A stretch of DNA of 64,000 bases from Zancudomyces culisetae HAW-14-8 (Eukaryota > Fungi > Kickxellomycota), in NCBI GenBank assembly GCA_052426225.1, contig JBNJNM010000011.1, forward strand, positions 2,232,001-2,296,000, written 5' to 3'. The position numbers and the translations under genes are program-made. The notes beneath the pieces are model-generated. The model had not been told where the DNA came from and did no database searches. It worked only from the letters and a program-made list of their open reading frames with translations. This document shows, one piece after another, positions 36,761-49,296 of this stretch (positions within the stretch are counted from its first letter, which is position 1; each line of letters begins with the position of its first letter).

Positions 36761-38648
36761 ATGGATACAGGAACAAAAGTGCAACTGTATGTTTACGATT
36801 TAAGCAGAGGCATGGCTCGCCAATTCAGCCGTATTTATGTTGGAAAGCAGATAGGTAACATTTTAAACACAAATTGGCATTTGCTTTTTAAAAATAAAAA
36901 ATAAATTCAAGACTCTAATCATACATTGTCCCGTGATTACCTATTTATTAGATGGAATATGGCACACCTCTGTAGTTGTACACGGTAGAGAAATATACTT
37001 TGGTCAGGGAATAATGGTTTCATACCCAGGTACAACCGTACACGGTACACCTGTAGAGGTTATAGATATGGGGATAACTGAAGTATCTGAAGAGGATTTG
37101 CTTGATTATATCGACGATCTCCAGGGATATTGGACAGCGGATAAGTACCATTTGTTTGATAACAACTGCAACACTTTTTCACAAGAGTTAGTAAGCATGC
37201 TCACTGGAAAGCAAATACCGAGCCATATATCTTCTCTGCCTTCAGATTTTTTGTCAACTGAGCTGGGACAAACGCTTTCACCACTTGTCGAGACTTTTTT
37301 CGGCAGAACGGCTAGAAGTTTGCCGATGCAAAACAATAACTTGTCCAGTTCTGGAGGTGTAGGTCTATATTCTACCCAGGTTGCAAATAATACGAGTGAT
37401 CAAAAGGATATGAGAATAGTAGAGCAGATCCAAAAGGATATTAAGAATAAAAATGATTTTATACTTCTTCCATGCGGAAAGAACGGTAGTAATATAGATG
37501 AGGTGAAAAGGATCAAGGAAAGTGTGGATTTACTAAAAAGGCACAAAATCAATGTGTATGAGATCGACAGTAGAAATGAGAGAATTTCCGAACTAGTTGG
37601 AATTGATGACAGCGTAAAGGATACAGTGGCCTTTTTCTTGGGAGGCGTGAATTATTCTACGTCTGAAGATACTGCCAGTTCTATGCTAAATTCTTATCTC
37701 TACTCGATTATAAGCCGAGAAACCAAACCAGAAGTGCAAATACTACTTGTAGGGGGCAAAAGAGAATATCTCAGTATCTGCGATAGGCTGCTAAGTAACA
37801 AATCTGATGCCATGTACCAAGAATATTTTAAAGAATCCAGTAGCCTTATCAACAAGGGAGTTGGTTCTTTGATTGGAGAGATCAAAGATAGCTTGCAACT
37901 TGACTTGCTAAATAATGCTCAACTTTCCAACAACAGTTCTATGGATTTTTCGGTGTTGGATGAGAAAAGTGTTGAAAAACTATGCATCTTTCTACAATCA
38001 AAAGCGAGTGCGAGTGATGAAATCACAGTTATCTCGACTGTCAAGCTGCTGGGTGACGTTTTGGAAAATGCGTTGAAAATGGAAAACGACTCGAACCATA
38101 ACACATCCAATGATTTTCTTAATGTCTTGTCCACACATAACGGAAACAAAAAACCTTTGGTACTAGTGGAAACCTTGGAAAAGATATTTCTGGAAAAGCC
38201 CATTAGATTGCAAGTGGGCCATCAAGATAATGTAAAATATTTGTATTATGGGTGTATATATGGTAAAGTGCTGTGTAACATGGCTAAGTACCTGGTGACT
38301 AAAAGTGTTCTGTCCCAACATAGTACACAGAATGGCCCAGAGTTTGAAGATAAGCTCGAAATAGTGTGTGACATTACCGATGTGATATTGAACACCGATT
38401 TCGAAAAATCCACCCAGTTACTTTGCACAATATCATTTGGAATTATGGCCGACTGCCTGGTGGCCCTTTTTGGCTACTTGCAAGTTTCTGAGTCAGATGT
38501 AGTCAGTGTAGTTGGGGAAATGGATGTTTTCAACTACTTTTCGCAAAACTATCTCTCGATTACAAAAAATGAACTATTTACGAACAGCTCTGGGTACAAT
38601 GATGCCGCTTCAATGTTAACCGAGATCATAGACGCATATAAAGCCTAG
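36761..38648 (+). CDS. PPPDE/DeSI-1 desumoylating isopeptidase with C-terminal extension, 2 exons (36761-36854, 36952-38648)
   Basis: VQLYVYDLSRGMA..I|DGIWHTSVVVHGREIYFG (catalytic His) and YHLFDNNCNTFS (catalytic Cys). Confidence 0.9.
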
Positions 38649-38870
38649 AAATCACATTGGACTGATTTGATTTGCTACAAATTAATTAGCAGCTGAGCGA
38701 AACTGGTTCAGCTCTGGAATGCTTGACAAAGAAACCTACAACCTACGCACTCATCTTCATGTTTTAGCATTATTTAGCTGTTTTTATTAATATGGTCTCT
38801 AATTCTTGAACTCTAAAATTATTTTCTTTGCTTTTGGTGTATCTAAAGCTGAACAATAGAAATGTCTATT

Positions 38871-40925
38871 TTACGCATTAAATAAATTGGGATCGATTTT
38901 ATAGCCCAACCGTTTTTCTAATCTTTCAGCCATAGTTTGGTCCATAACTACCTCGAAATTACCTCTAGACGTGGCTGAATTTCTAAATGTTGCCATGTCT
39001 TCTCCTTGAATCCAAGCTGACACGAACGAGGCATAGTAATGGAAATAAAATACGGAATCTAGTAGAAACAATGATAACTTGTATCTCAACATCGAGAAGT
39101 TTGAAGTCAAATAGCCCCATATACCCTTTATGATTTTGCTCTCAAAGCGCTCATTGACCTTAAAAAGCTTGGCCTTTCTTGCAATTTCAGAATCTTCTTC
39201 AAAGTAGGAGGGAACAGCTCGTTCGGTATAGAATAATGAATGTTTCATAGTAGATCCAACTGCAGCATAGTCTGCCATGATCTTGATTCGGTTCACTGGA
39301 CTTCCAAATGACTTGTTTATTGACCTTACCATGCTCATGTTTCGCATCACAAACATCAATTCGGGCGGAAGTTTCGATGAATCGGAAAAGAAGTCCATTG
39401 CAAGTCTTTTTGATCGCATCTGTCGCTCAAACTCGGTATTTTCTATCAGATCTCCTTCAGGAGCGTCCTTGCGATCTGATTCCTGGCCACTTATGTGCCC
39501 ATGTATGCCATTCGTTGAGCTTGAACCACGTCTTCCAGTCATTTTTCCAATCGGCGGACGGAAAAGTATCATGGACGACAAAAAATCGGAATTTTGGATT
39601 CCCCATAATTTCGCAATCTCCCTTGTTGTCTCGGTATCCTGCAAAAATATTGATTTCCAGAACTTTGCATGCTGAATACGGAATCTTTCCGACTCGTGAA
39701 TGTATAGCCCATGATCCAGTAATACAAGTTTAAAGTCGTTGCTATTTCGAACCTTCTTTGGTTTTCCATCAACCCCGCTGCCATCTTTCAAAGATGTGAG
39801 CTGTACCATCAAATTTCCTGGGTGTGGGTCTCCATGCAAGTGTCCCGACAAAAACAACTGTTGTGCAAAGGAATTTACAACAAGATCAACCAATTTGGTC
39901 ACATTAATTCCTGTTTCTATAACCGCTTCTGGCTTCACCAGGCTCAACCCGTCAATCCACTCTGCCGCGATAACCATCCTGTTTGTGTACTTCCAGTTCA
40001 CCTTTGGAATCTTGACGTTTTTTGCCAGCTCTCGATCAGTGGCCAGTACTTTTGCAGCTAGCTCGGCGTTTTTAGCCTCTTGAATAAAGTCAGTTTCCAT
40101 TCGGAAATGCTTTTCTGCATATTCCAAGCTCCAAGTCAGTGGAAATTCATACCTCCATTCCAGTAGTCTGCACCAGTTTCTATAGACGAGCATATCATAC
40201 CATATCTGCTTCTCGATAGCTGGCTTTTGTACCTTCAATGCAAGGTATTCGCCGGTATCTTTTACTTTTATCTTATGTACCTGTGCTATTGACGCTGAAG
40301 CCACTGGTTCATAGCTGAATTCTTCAAAGTCTTCAAGCACATTGTAATCAAAGCTTCTATTTAGCACAAACTCCAACTCCTTTCTAGTAATATTTGGTGC
40401 CTTGTCAAATAGCAAACTTAGATACTTCTGGAACTGAGGTGGCAACACCGTTCCCTGCAGTGCAATTGCCTGCCCAAATTTGATGTAAAGACCCCCATTT
40501 TCTTTACACACATGATATATCTTTCTTGCTGTTCTTTCGTGCAGTGCTTCCAACTCTTCTTTTGTTTTACCTTCATTAAAATTAAAGTAGTAGTCAGCTA
40601 TCACTGACATTGTATAGAACGCGGTTCTTAATGACCTTTTAATTGCACTATAAAGATAGTATTCGTCATACAAGTACCCCATGCACATTGTTATGCCCAT
40701 TGTGCCCACAACAACCTTGAATTTAGACGTTTTTGCCTTTTTTACGGCTTTAGTTGTAGTTTGTGCGGTAGTACTGAAAAAGGATTTTCCATTTGCCGCC
40801 TTTCTATGCAGCACATAGCGGAATTTCCCTAAATTCTCATATGCTTGTCTTTCATTTCCCTGCCCAAGCAGTCTGTTGGAAATTCTGAATATGCCTTTGC
40901 CATTTGTAACTCTAAAAAGCGCCAT
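38871..40925 (-). CDS. ABC1/UbiB atypical kinase (ADCK1/Mcp2-like), mitochondrial
   Basis: NGGLYIKFGQ, ASASIAQVH, ALKVQKP, HGDPHPGN, LLDHGLY. Presequence plus a TM segment. Confidence 0.93.
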   Translation of the reverse strand: MALFRVTNGKGIFRISNRLLGQGNERQAYENLGKFRYVLHRKAANGKSFFSTTAQTTTKAVKKAKTSKFKVVVGTMGITMCMGYLYDEYYLYSAIKRSLRTAFYTMSVIADYYFNFNEGKTKEELEALHERTARKIYHVCKENGGLYIKFGQAIALQGTVLPPQFQKYLSLLFDKAPNITRKELEFVLNRSFDYNVLEDFEEFSYEPVASASIAQVHKIKVKDTGEYLALKVQKPAIEKQIWYDMLVYRNWCRLLEWRYEFPLTWSLEYAEKHFRMETDFIQEAKNAELAAKVLATDRELAKNVKIPKVNWKYTNRMVIAAEWIDGLSLVKPEAVIETGINVTKLVDLVVNSFAQQLFLSGHLHGDPHPGNLMVQLTSLKDGSGVDGKPKKVRNSNDFKLVLLDHGLYIHESERFRIQHAKFWKSIFLQDTETTREIAKLWGIQNSDFLSSMILFRPPIGKMTGRRGSSSTNGIHGHISGQESDRKDAPEGDLIENTEFERQMRSKRLAMDFFSDSSKLPPELMFVMRNMSMVRSINKSFGSPVNRIKIMADYAAVGSTMKHSLFYTERAVPSYFEEDSEIARKAKLFKVNERFESKIIKGIWGYLTSNFSMLRYKLSLFLLDSVFYFHYYASFVSAWIQGEDMATFRNSATSRGNFEVVMDQTMAERLEKRLGYKIDPNLFNA

Positions 40926-41273
40926 GTTTTCGTTTCTACTGGTGTTGGCAATATTCGTTGTCCTTGTTTTGCTGCTTATTTAATGAGTAAGTAGCCTAGT
41001 TTTTTTTTTGCCAAGAAGCACAACGCACAACTAAGTAGCTTGTTAGTAATAGCAATATAAGTTGGGGCTAGCTGTAAGTAAACTTTCTAGTCAAAATCTA
41101 GCCAAGCTTATAAAAAAATATGTCGAAGCCCTCGTTAAAGAGAACTTGGTTTATAATTGTCTACTAAACACAGGTCAAGAAACCTTTTCTTAAATAATTT
41201 ACGATTTTTTTTTTTACTTTCTAGGCAAAACGAAAGTGCAAAAATGAAAAGATAAAAATTGGCTTTATACACT

Positions 41274-41308
41274 GAGAATTGGGAATTAAGAATTGAGAAT
41301 TGGGAATT
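41274..41308. repeat. 5 x RRGAATT heptamer tandem
   Basis: GAGAATT GGGAATT AAGAATT GAGAATT GGGAATT in the divergent ABC1/RecQ promoter. Confidence 0.75.
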
Positions 41309-42154
41309 CCAGTGGAAAAATGGGTATTTAAAGCGGGCAAATCATATGTCATCACAAAAGTTGATTAAAATTTTTTCATACAACCACATCCAAGCAACAA
41401 AAATCCAATGTGACTATTAGCTGTTTTAGAAGGCTCAGGACAATCCATTGACCAAAGATAACAAAGAAAAATGGAATCTTGTGATTAATCCGCTTTTCCA
41501 GAACAGGTTTCCAGGTTGAAAGTAAAGAAGGTTACGACACCAGACATGTCATCAGTACTACCCTCGCTTTCGCGTTCAGGGTTATATAAAGTGGCCACAC
41601 TAATTTTAAATCTGAGCAGCAAAAATTCATCTCTGGTGGTCGATGGTAAGCTTTTCTGAGTATAGAGTAGTTTAGTAGCTCTTATTCACATGTGGTGTGC
41701 GTTGGTTTTTTTTGTATTGCTAAATTTTTTGACAGGAAGTATCGGGAACTGCAATAAATGCTTTGCAGGTACAAATATTAAGGGGTATGGAAAAAGTATT
41801 CAAAACTCTGCTGTAACTTCCCTATCTCGCCCACAGATTGTGTTGTTTGTTAATGTCCTACCATTACCCGCCGTTTAATAACAAATATACTTGCGATTTG
41901 CTTTCTAGTGATGCATTGATAAACCTTTTCCAATTAAACTCGAATCATATCTCTATTTGGCGGCATTTTTTTTTAGTTTGATTTTCGATTTCAACAAATC
42001 AATTTACGCTTAACGATTTGGCTCATAACCTAAAAAAATATCACAAAAGTCAAAATGTCAACTTGTCAACACTGATGCATGATTTGATTGTTTATATTTA
42101 AATCTACAGTTAACTTTTCCCCCATTCTTCATATCAGAATCGAAAGCTGGAATC

Positions 42155-44176
42155 ATGGCGGATGAAATAACTAGAGTACAAGAGCATGTTAGCGAAATAG
42201 ATGAGAAGATTTTAGAAATAGATCAGCAAATAGAGGAGCTGAAAAGACAAAAAGAAAGGCTCGAGGAGAGGAGGCAGGAGCAGCTGGATATGTTATATTT
42301 AATAAAACAAGCTAGCGAAGACGGAAACAGTGTGAGCTTAGAAACATATTATGCAGAAACTGAGTTTAGTTGGTCGAAAACACTAAGTGATACAGCAAAA
42401 GATGTGTTTAGAGTAAAAACATGGAAATTCAATCAACTGCAAGCAATGAACGCAGTATTAGATGGGAGAGATGTATTTGTGATAATGCCTACTGGTGGAG
42501 GAAAATCTTTGTGCTACCAGTTGGTAGCGACAATTTCAACCGGAATTGTTTTTGTGGTGTCGCCTCTACTTTCATTGATACAGGATCAAATCTATGAATT
42601 AGACAAAATCGGTATAAAAGCTGTAGGGTTAACCTCGGCCAATCCTGCGTCACAAAACAAAGAAATTATAAAATATTTGAAGCAGTTTGCTATAGGACAA
42701 ATATATGAAAGTGAGGGAGAAAATGCCGAGGGCAGCTCAGGGGGGAACAATGTTGGATATAAAATGGTGTATCTCACTCCAGAAAGACTATCGAAAAGTA
42801 AAGAGTTGACGGGGGTGCTGAAAGAGTTGTATAAAAACAATAAGATAACGGCGTTTGTAATCGACGAGTGTCACTGCTGCTCAGAGTTTGGGCACGATTT
42901 CCGACCAGATTATAAGCGGTTGGGCCTGTTGAAGATGCTATTCCCGAAAATCCCAATTATGGCTCTTACAGCCACGTGTACTATTCCTGTATTAAATTCG
43001 GTAATTGAGATACTCAGCCTTGCAAAGCCAACAACATTACTAGAAAATGAAAATACTAAAGACGATATCAGAGGAACGCTAGTTCTTAAAAACCCGATTT
43101 GGAGAAGCAATTTAAGATACCAAGTTTTACTAAAACCAAATAGTTTGGCTAAGCAAGTTGAAAAAATAATTAGCTGGATTTTGGAGAATCACCCAAACGA
43201 AAAGGGTATAATATATTGTAGAACGATTAAGGAAACAGAAGATATCTACAGAGCGATCAACGGAAGCCAAGTGCATGGAAAAGCAATAACAGTAGGATAC
43301 TACCATTCGGAAATTCCCGAAGTAAGCAAACGAAACACACATAAACGGTGGAAGCTTGGGGATATCAAGGTTATAATAGCAACAATAGCATTTGGGATGG
43401 GCATTCATGAACCTGGAGTCAGATTTGTGATTCATAGCTACGCCTCCAAATCTCCAGAGGCATACTACCAAGAATCAGGAAGAGCAGGCAGGGATGGAAA
43501 TCCAGCCACGTGCGTGCTATTCTACAAACCAACAGATGCAAGTAAACTAACCACCATGGGCGTGGGAAGTGGCATCAGCGAGGTGGTGGTGAAGAGCTGG
43601 AGAATGGTTGAGTATTGCGAACAGGTGGCAAACTGTAGAAAGTTGTGGTTTGAGAACTACTTTGGCACTCTCAACTCGGTCGGCTCTGGCTCTACCATGA
43701 GCGAAAAAATGTGCAATATATGTGATATATGTGAATTGCGATATGAAACTCACAAGAATTCGCCCATCTCACGCTCCATGCTTTCTAGGGATATTACAAC
43801 CGAGGCCGCTACAGTTATCAATCTGGTTTACGTGCTTGGATCCAATGCCAATTCTTCCCCCACCTTCATACAGCTTGTGGATGTGTGGCTAGGCAGTTCT
43901 GCCCATAAGAACTTCACACCCCATGTAAAGCCACTCACTGACAGTTGTGCCTTTGTTGAAATTCCTGTAAACAAGAAAAAGTTTTCTCGCTTAGAGTGCG
44001 AGCGAATTGTAAACTGTCTGATACTAAGACGTTATATTGTCGAAACTTACCATGCTACTGGATATAATATCATTCCTCGGCTTTCAGTAAACAAAAAAAA
44101 ATCCGCCCCATATCTGCATGACCAAACCTCCGATGATTTTCCCAATATAACCATGTATATGATAACTGACAGCTAA
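42155..44176 (+). CDS. RecQ helicase, RECQ1-like
   Basis: N-terminal coiled coil plus FSWS..VF; MPTGGGKSLCYQ; IDECHCCSEFGHDFRPDY; ATIAFGMGI; YYQESGRAGRDG; RQC Zn motif CRK..CNICDIC and winged helix. No HRDC domain is evident. Confidence 0.93.
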   Translation: MADEITRVQEHVSEIDEKILEIDQQIEELKRQKERLEERRQEQLDMLYLIKQASEDGNSVSLETYYAETEFSWSKTLSDTAKDVFRVKTWKFNQLQAMNAVLDGRDVFVIMPTGGGKSLCYQLVATISTGIVFVVSPLLSLIQDQIYELDKIGIKAVGLTSANPASQNKEIIKYLKQFAIGQIYESEGENAEGSSGGNNVGYKMVYLTPERLSKSKELTGVLKELYKNNKITAFVIDECHCCSEFGHDFRPDYKRLGLLKMLFPKIPIMALTATCTIPVLNSVIEILSLAKPTTLLENENTKDDIRGTLVLKNPIWRSNLRYQVLLKPNSLAKQVEKIISWILENHPNEKGIIYCRTIKETEDIYRAINGSQVHGKAITVGYYHSEIPEVSKRNTHKRWKLGDIKVIIATIAFGMGIHEPGVRFVIHSYASKSPEAYYQESGRAGRDGNPATCVLFYKPTDASKLTTMGVGSGISEVVVKSWRMVEYCEQVANCRKLWFENYFGTLNSVGSGSTMSEKMCNICDICELRYETHKNSPISRSMLSRDITTEAATVINLVYVLGSNANSSPTFIQLVDVWLGSSAHKNFTPHVKPLTDSCAFVEIPVNKKKFSRLECERIVNCLILRRYIVETYHATGYNIIPRLSVNKKKSAPYLHDQTSDDFPNITMYMITDS

Positions 44177-44559
44177 GCATTTTTATACATCCTTTTTTTT
44201 CCCCATTGGAGTTTATATATACTCATTCATTTTTTGTATTTTAATTCATTTACAAAATGATAGTGGTTAAAGTTCCAGCTATTGATAATAATAATAATAA
44301 ATTAAACAATTCCAGCAAATAAGCTACTAACATTGATCCAGTTCAGCCAAGCAAATACAGAAATTGCTTGGCTCAACGGCCAGTCAGAATTGGTTTTTTC
44401 ATTTTGCATTGTTTTTGATTTATTTACTTTTTATTATATGGACTCTATTTCCAGGATCAAAAAAAGTACCATATTAAAATTCACAATAGTGCTAAAGAAT
44501 ACGGTGTATCCGCATAGAGGACCTAATAACTCGAATACTACGACTTAAATATACATGAA

Positions 44560-46165
44560 ATGGCTCTCTGGGTAGACAAATATAGACCAACCAAGTTGGA
44601 AAAGCTGAGTTACCATGAAGACATAACCCGACATCTAATCAAGATGGTAATTGACATTTTCTTCCATTTTACAGATTCTAATCTATTCAAAGGTTTTTGT
44701 ATCTATGAACTCTAAAATAGAGAGAAATTTTTATTTTAAATCGAATTCTTACAATTTTTAGGGCGATTCAAAAGATCTACCACACTTGCTGTTTTATGGC
44801 CCTGAAGGTGTCGGTAAAAAGACCAGAATTACAGCTTTGCTGAGACAGATATATGGATCCAGCACAGAGAAGGTATGTACACAATACTTGCTCTGTCATT
44901 CTTTCTGCTAATTTATACACTTTACAGGTTTGATGTTGCGATATAATAGTTTTATTTTTCTTCCAATTTCTGAATTCTAAATTTGCAAAAACCATTAATT
45001 CTGTGTTTAGCTGAAATTGGATCAACGGACGTTCGAAACTCCGTCCAGAACTGTGGAAATTGCAATAGTCAGTAGTAATTACCACGTCGAACTAAATCCA
45101 AGTGATGCGGGAATCTATGACCGCATTGTTGTCCAGGACCTGATCAAGGAAATCGCTCAAACCCAACAAGTTACCGTGAATTCACCTAAAAAATTCAAAG
45201 GTAATTATACAACTTATATTTGTTCATTGCAGATACAATGGCTGTGATTTTTATCAAACTCTCAATAAACAACTTGGCTTATACTGAAATTAGTTATCGT
45301 AATTCATGACGCGGATTCACTGACTAAGACTGCACAACACGCTCTGCGAAGAACTATGGAAAAATATATGGGTAATCTCCGCATTCTTCTAAGCTGTACC
45401 TCTATAGGAAATATAATTCCGCCACTCCAAAGTAGATGTCTTTTGATCCGAGTACCTGCTCCATCACACCCAGAGGTAACATCAACTTACATTTATGCAC
45501 CATTGTATATTTATTTTTTATTACTTCAAAAGCTGTAGCTTTGAATGTATTTATTTTTGCACTGGCTTAGATTTCAGAGCTGCTACTTAACATTGCACAA
45601 AAAGAAAAAATTAAACTGCAACCGGAGCTAGCACTAAGAATTGCTCAACAATCCATGAGAAATGTACGCAAGGCTGTGCTCATGCTTGAGTCTTTATATA
45701 TTCAAAAATACCCATTCAATGATCCGGAAAACATCGAAATTCCTCTAACAGACTGGGAGGCGGTTATTTTTAGCTTGGGTCAATCGATGCTCAAGGCTCA
45801 ATCACCACAAACTATTATGCAGTGCAGAACTGTTCTTTATGAACTTCTTTCTCACTGTATCCCACCAAATCTGATTTTGAGAACCCTCGCCTTTCATCTC
45901 ATTGAGCGAATAGACGAAAGCCTAAAGGCAGAAGTAATCGCAATGGCTAGCTTATACGTAAGTCTATATCCCATTTTCGGTATAGTAGCTAATCATAACT
46001 TTTCCTACTAAAAAATGTATAAAATAACCTAAAATATAATTGTATGATACATGTTATTAGGATGAACGAATCAAAAAGGGTCAAAAGTCTATTTACCATC
46101 TTGAAGCGTTTGTTGCCAAATTCCAAAGCTCTTATAAGAAGTTTTTGATGGGATTTGATTTTTAA
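44560..46165 (+). CDS. RFC5: Replication factor C small subunit (human RFC3 / yeast RFC5), 6 exons
   Basis: Exons 44560-44646, 44762-44872, 45011-45200, 45294-45475, 45571-45957, 46061-46165. MALWVDKYRP, PHLLFYGPEGVGKKTRI, SNYHVELNPSDAG..DR, AQHALRRTMEKY, SRC, IYHLEAFVAKF. Confidence 0.95.
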
Positions 46166-46548
46166 TTCGTATTTCTTTGAGCCAGACACTCTTGTGTGAT
46201 TTTTGGTTTTTTTATTATGTGTCAATAAATACTTTATAAACTGTAGCTTCGTCGAATACTATTTTATAATTCATCCACATCTCTCGAAACTGAGACATAT
46301 TCGACCACTCTTGGTTAAAAAGATATATTTTTGGTATTATTCCTGCTTTTATGCACCGCACTCTCCATACTTTTTTATAAACCTGGTTGGATTTATCACA
46401 GTCTAGGACTGAAGACATGTTAACTACCAAAACTCCCCGATTGAATATTTCGTTCTTAAACCAGCAACAAGGACTGCACATTAAAAGTTTATTGAAGTCT
46501 ATCACTTATTTTTAATGAATGAAATGTTGAAACGGAAAACGGGAAATG

Positions 46549-47337
46549 CTATACCATTTGTTCTACTTCTTTGGGAAGCGGCACCATAAAATGCTTCTGC
46601 ACATGCTTTTCAAGTATATTATAGTTTCTGAGATTAGATTTGTATGCTACATCGGCTAGATCGCCAACAACTGGTACTAACCCGATTACAAAATCCATCA
46701 TGATATTGAGGCACATTTTTAGCAGCAACATAGCGGGAAGGTCCCAGTATTTGCAGGCCATCAATACAAACATAGTCCCAAATACAATCCCAGCAAAATC
46801 ACCAATAACAGGAACAAAACCAAATAGAGGGTCTAACCCAAACCTCACCCCACATATACTAAACTTTGAGTCTAGAACATTCGCAAAGTTTTGCATTTTT
46901 TTCAGGTTTTTTTCGTGTTTATAGTTTGGGTGATGCTCTTTCTTTTTTCTGGTGCCAAAGAATTTGACTCGCTTCTGGGAGTGATGTTTCTTGAGTGGTA
47001 GCTTTTTTTCTTGTGCAACTGGACCATCGTTTAATTTGTCTGTTAGCAGCTTTTCAGCAAGAATATCGGGTGTAGGTGTGTTTGACATGCCTTGCCGATC
47101 ATAGGCGTTGCTACATGAGTTTCGAACTGTGTGTAGTTGAGGTTGATTGACATTTCCGCCCTGCATATTGCTTACTTTTATTTGCAATGCGCTATCTGCA
47201 TATGCGTTTGTTGGTCTACCTATATTGGATGCGCTATACACTAGCTATATTGAAAAGAAAAGGGATATTTTGTTATATTAACTATCTAGTGTGTGTGTAC
47301 CTGTATCATGGTAAACTCCATAGGTGGTGTCGTGCAT
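46549..47337 (-). CDS. DUF4112 membrane protein, probably 2 exons (47337-47301, 47240-46549)
   Basis: LDSKFSICGVRFGLDPLFGFVPVIGD..KMCLNI..DFVIGLVPVVGDLADVAYKSNLRN. The first exon is inferred from a phase-compatible intron. Confidence 0.85.
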
Positions 47338-48349
47338 TATTATATCTCTTTTTCGTAGTACATTAATTGGCTGGATATGCTACTATAGATGGTAAAAAAT
47401 ATCGCCTTGACTTGTATGTTTATTTTAGGAATAGCAAAATGATGTCCATTTCTTTAACAGTTGAAATATAAATTAATGCGCTAAAAGGTGAAATGGGAAC
47501 AAATAACCCAAAGCAAGTACAAATATGTGGTTTTACTCGAATAGTGGAATTTTATTCAAATTGTTCGTGTTGCCAATTGAATATCCTTGTGTTATTGGGT
47601 CTTTTAAAAGTAGAGACAAACTGTAGTTTTATTGCAAGGTCATGGAAATACAAAAAAACATTTATTACCAATTATTCTGATCTTTTTCCATAGAATTTCA
47701 ATCCCTGTGTTTTGATGTCCAAATTATAAAGGAGTTAATATTCCAAGTTGAGTATTTGCATGAAAGTTGATTTGTCTTGATTTTTCGAGAAATTTGAATT
47801 CGCACAACTCCGCCGACCATTGGATGAGTATTTATTGCAACAAATTTGAATGGATGTATATCAGAAGTTTACCAATGATATTTTTCTACTGAACAATCGG
47901 GTCAAAGACTAAACATCAATTGTTCTTGATGAAAAACAATATAGCGCGATGTTTTCCAAATACTAGAATTGAAAAGGCCATATAGTAAATAGAAATACAA
48001 ATAAATTGATGTGGAGCCAAGGAATTTTCATTCAAATCACCTTCCCTCTTTAGTGCTGGAATTCTTGCAAAGTTTGGGTGAGTATCCTGCAATTAAATGT
48101 GTTAAATATATGACGATATTGTGAAGAGTGAGTTGATCATCCCACCACATATTTTTATTATTATTAAATTAATCGGCAATAACCAAGGAAAAAATGAAGT
48201 ATAATATTGCCCTTATTAACGACTAGTATCTACAGTTCCCAAAAAAAAACAACCTCCTACGTTTATCCCAGTAGAGAACAGAAAAGGCTGAAGCAACAGC
48301 GATTTAAATAAAATCAATACATTTTTTCAATTCCAATCAGGTAAGGAAT

Positions 48350-49296
48350 CTATTTCGTGTCAGGACGTTTAAAGTCTGTAAACAACTGATCTTTCATCGA
48401 GCCGGCTACATAACCGTTTTCAGTAAACTTCAGTCCTTCTAACTCGAGGCACTCTCTTTTCCAGTTGATCTTTACCGTTTTATCCCTATCATGTTTTATT
48501 TCATTTGATTACAAAAATCCGCCTTTAAAGACGCATTTATTTTTAAAAGTCATGCCAATAAGTTATATAGACTAGTTACCCATCATAACCACCAAGATAA
48601 AAGTCTGATGTTAAAACTCTGTGACATGGTATTGGAAGCGGTGCAAATGGATTTTTTCTCAGCGCATTGCCCACTATATTACATATATCATTTGGTAAAC
48701 TAAACCACCATGACACACCATAATATATCTCATATTTGTTCTAAATTATCATAAAAAGCATTCAAAATAGCTTTTTTTATGTATACACATGAATTTACCT
48801 GCTCGAGGGCCACTATTCAGTACGTTCGCCATAACTTTATACGTGCTAAACATACCTGTGGGTATCTATAATTTCAAATATGCCACTCATACTTTTTAAT
48901 ACATGCAGTATCTGTTCCTTTATTGCTAAACCCAAAACATGAACGATTTTAGCGTGTATAGCCCTCGGATCTAATATATTGAAAATTACCTGAGAACAGA
49001 GATCATAAACCCTGTACTCAAAATCTGTTACTGGTCTCTTTGTTTTTGGGTTGATAAATGTCTTTCGCTTTTCCTTTGCTGTTGGGAATTCCTTCATCGC
49101 TAGTGGTGTACACAACAACAGTTATATCGAAGCGACTTGTAATTGGGAATTTTACCTTCGTGCATATATATATTTTTTTAAAAAAAAGTATTTATCTGTT
49201 TATAAAGTATACCGTACTTTGCTTCTTAATTGCTGCGACAAGCTCTGTACTATCAAAGGGAACATAGTTCTTGACATTTTTAGCTATTTTTGGCAT
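48350..49296 (-). CDS. MGT1: O6-methylguanine-DNA methyltransferase (MGMT/Ogt), 5 exons
   Basis: The spliced chain gives VTDFEYRVYDLCSQ|IPTGMFSTYKVMANVLNSGPRA|VGNALRKNPFAPLPIPCHRV..LGGYDG|..WKRECLELEG with an intact PCHR active site. The first exon (ATG 49296) is less certain. Confidence 0.92.
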
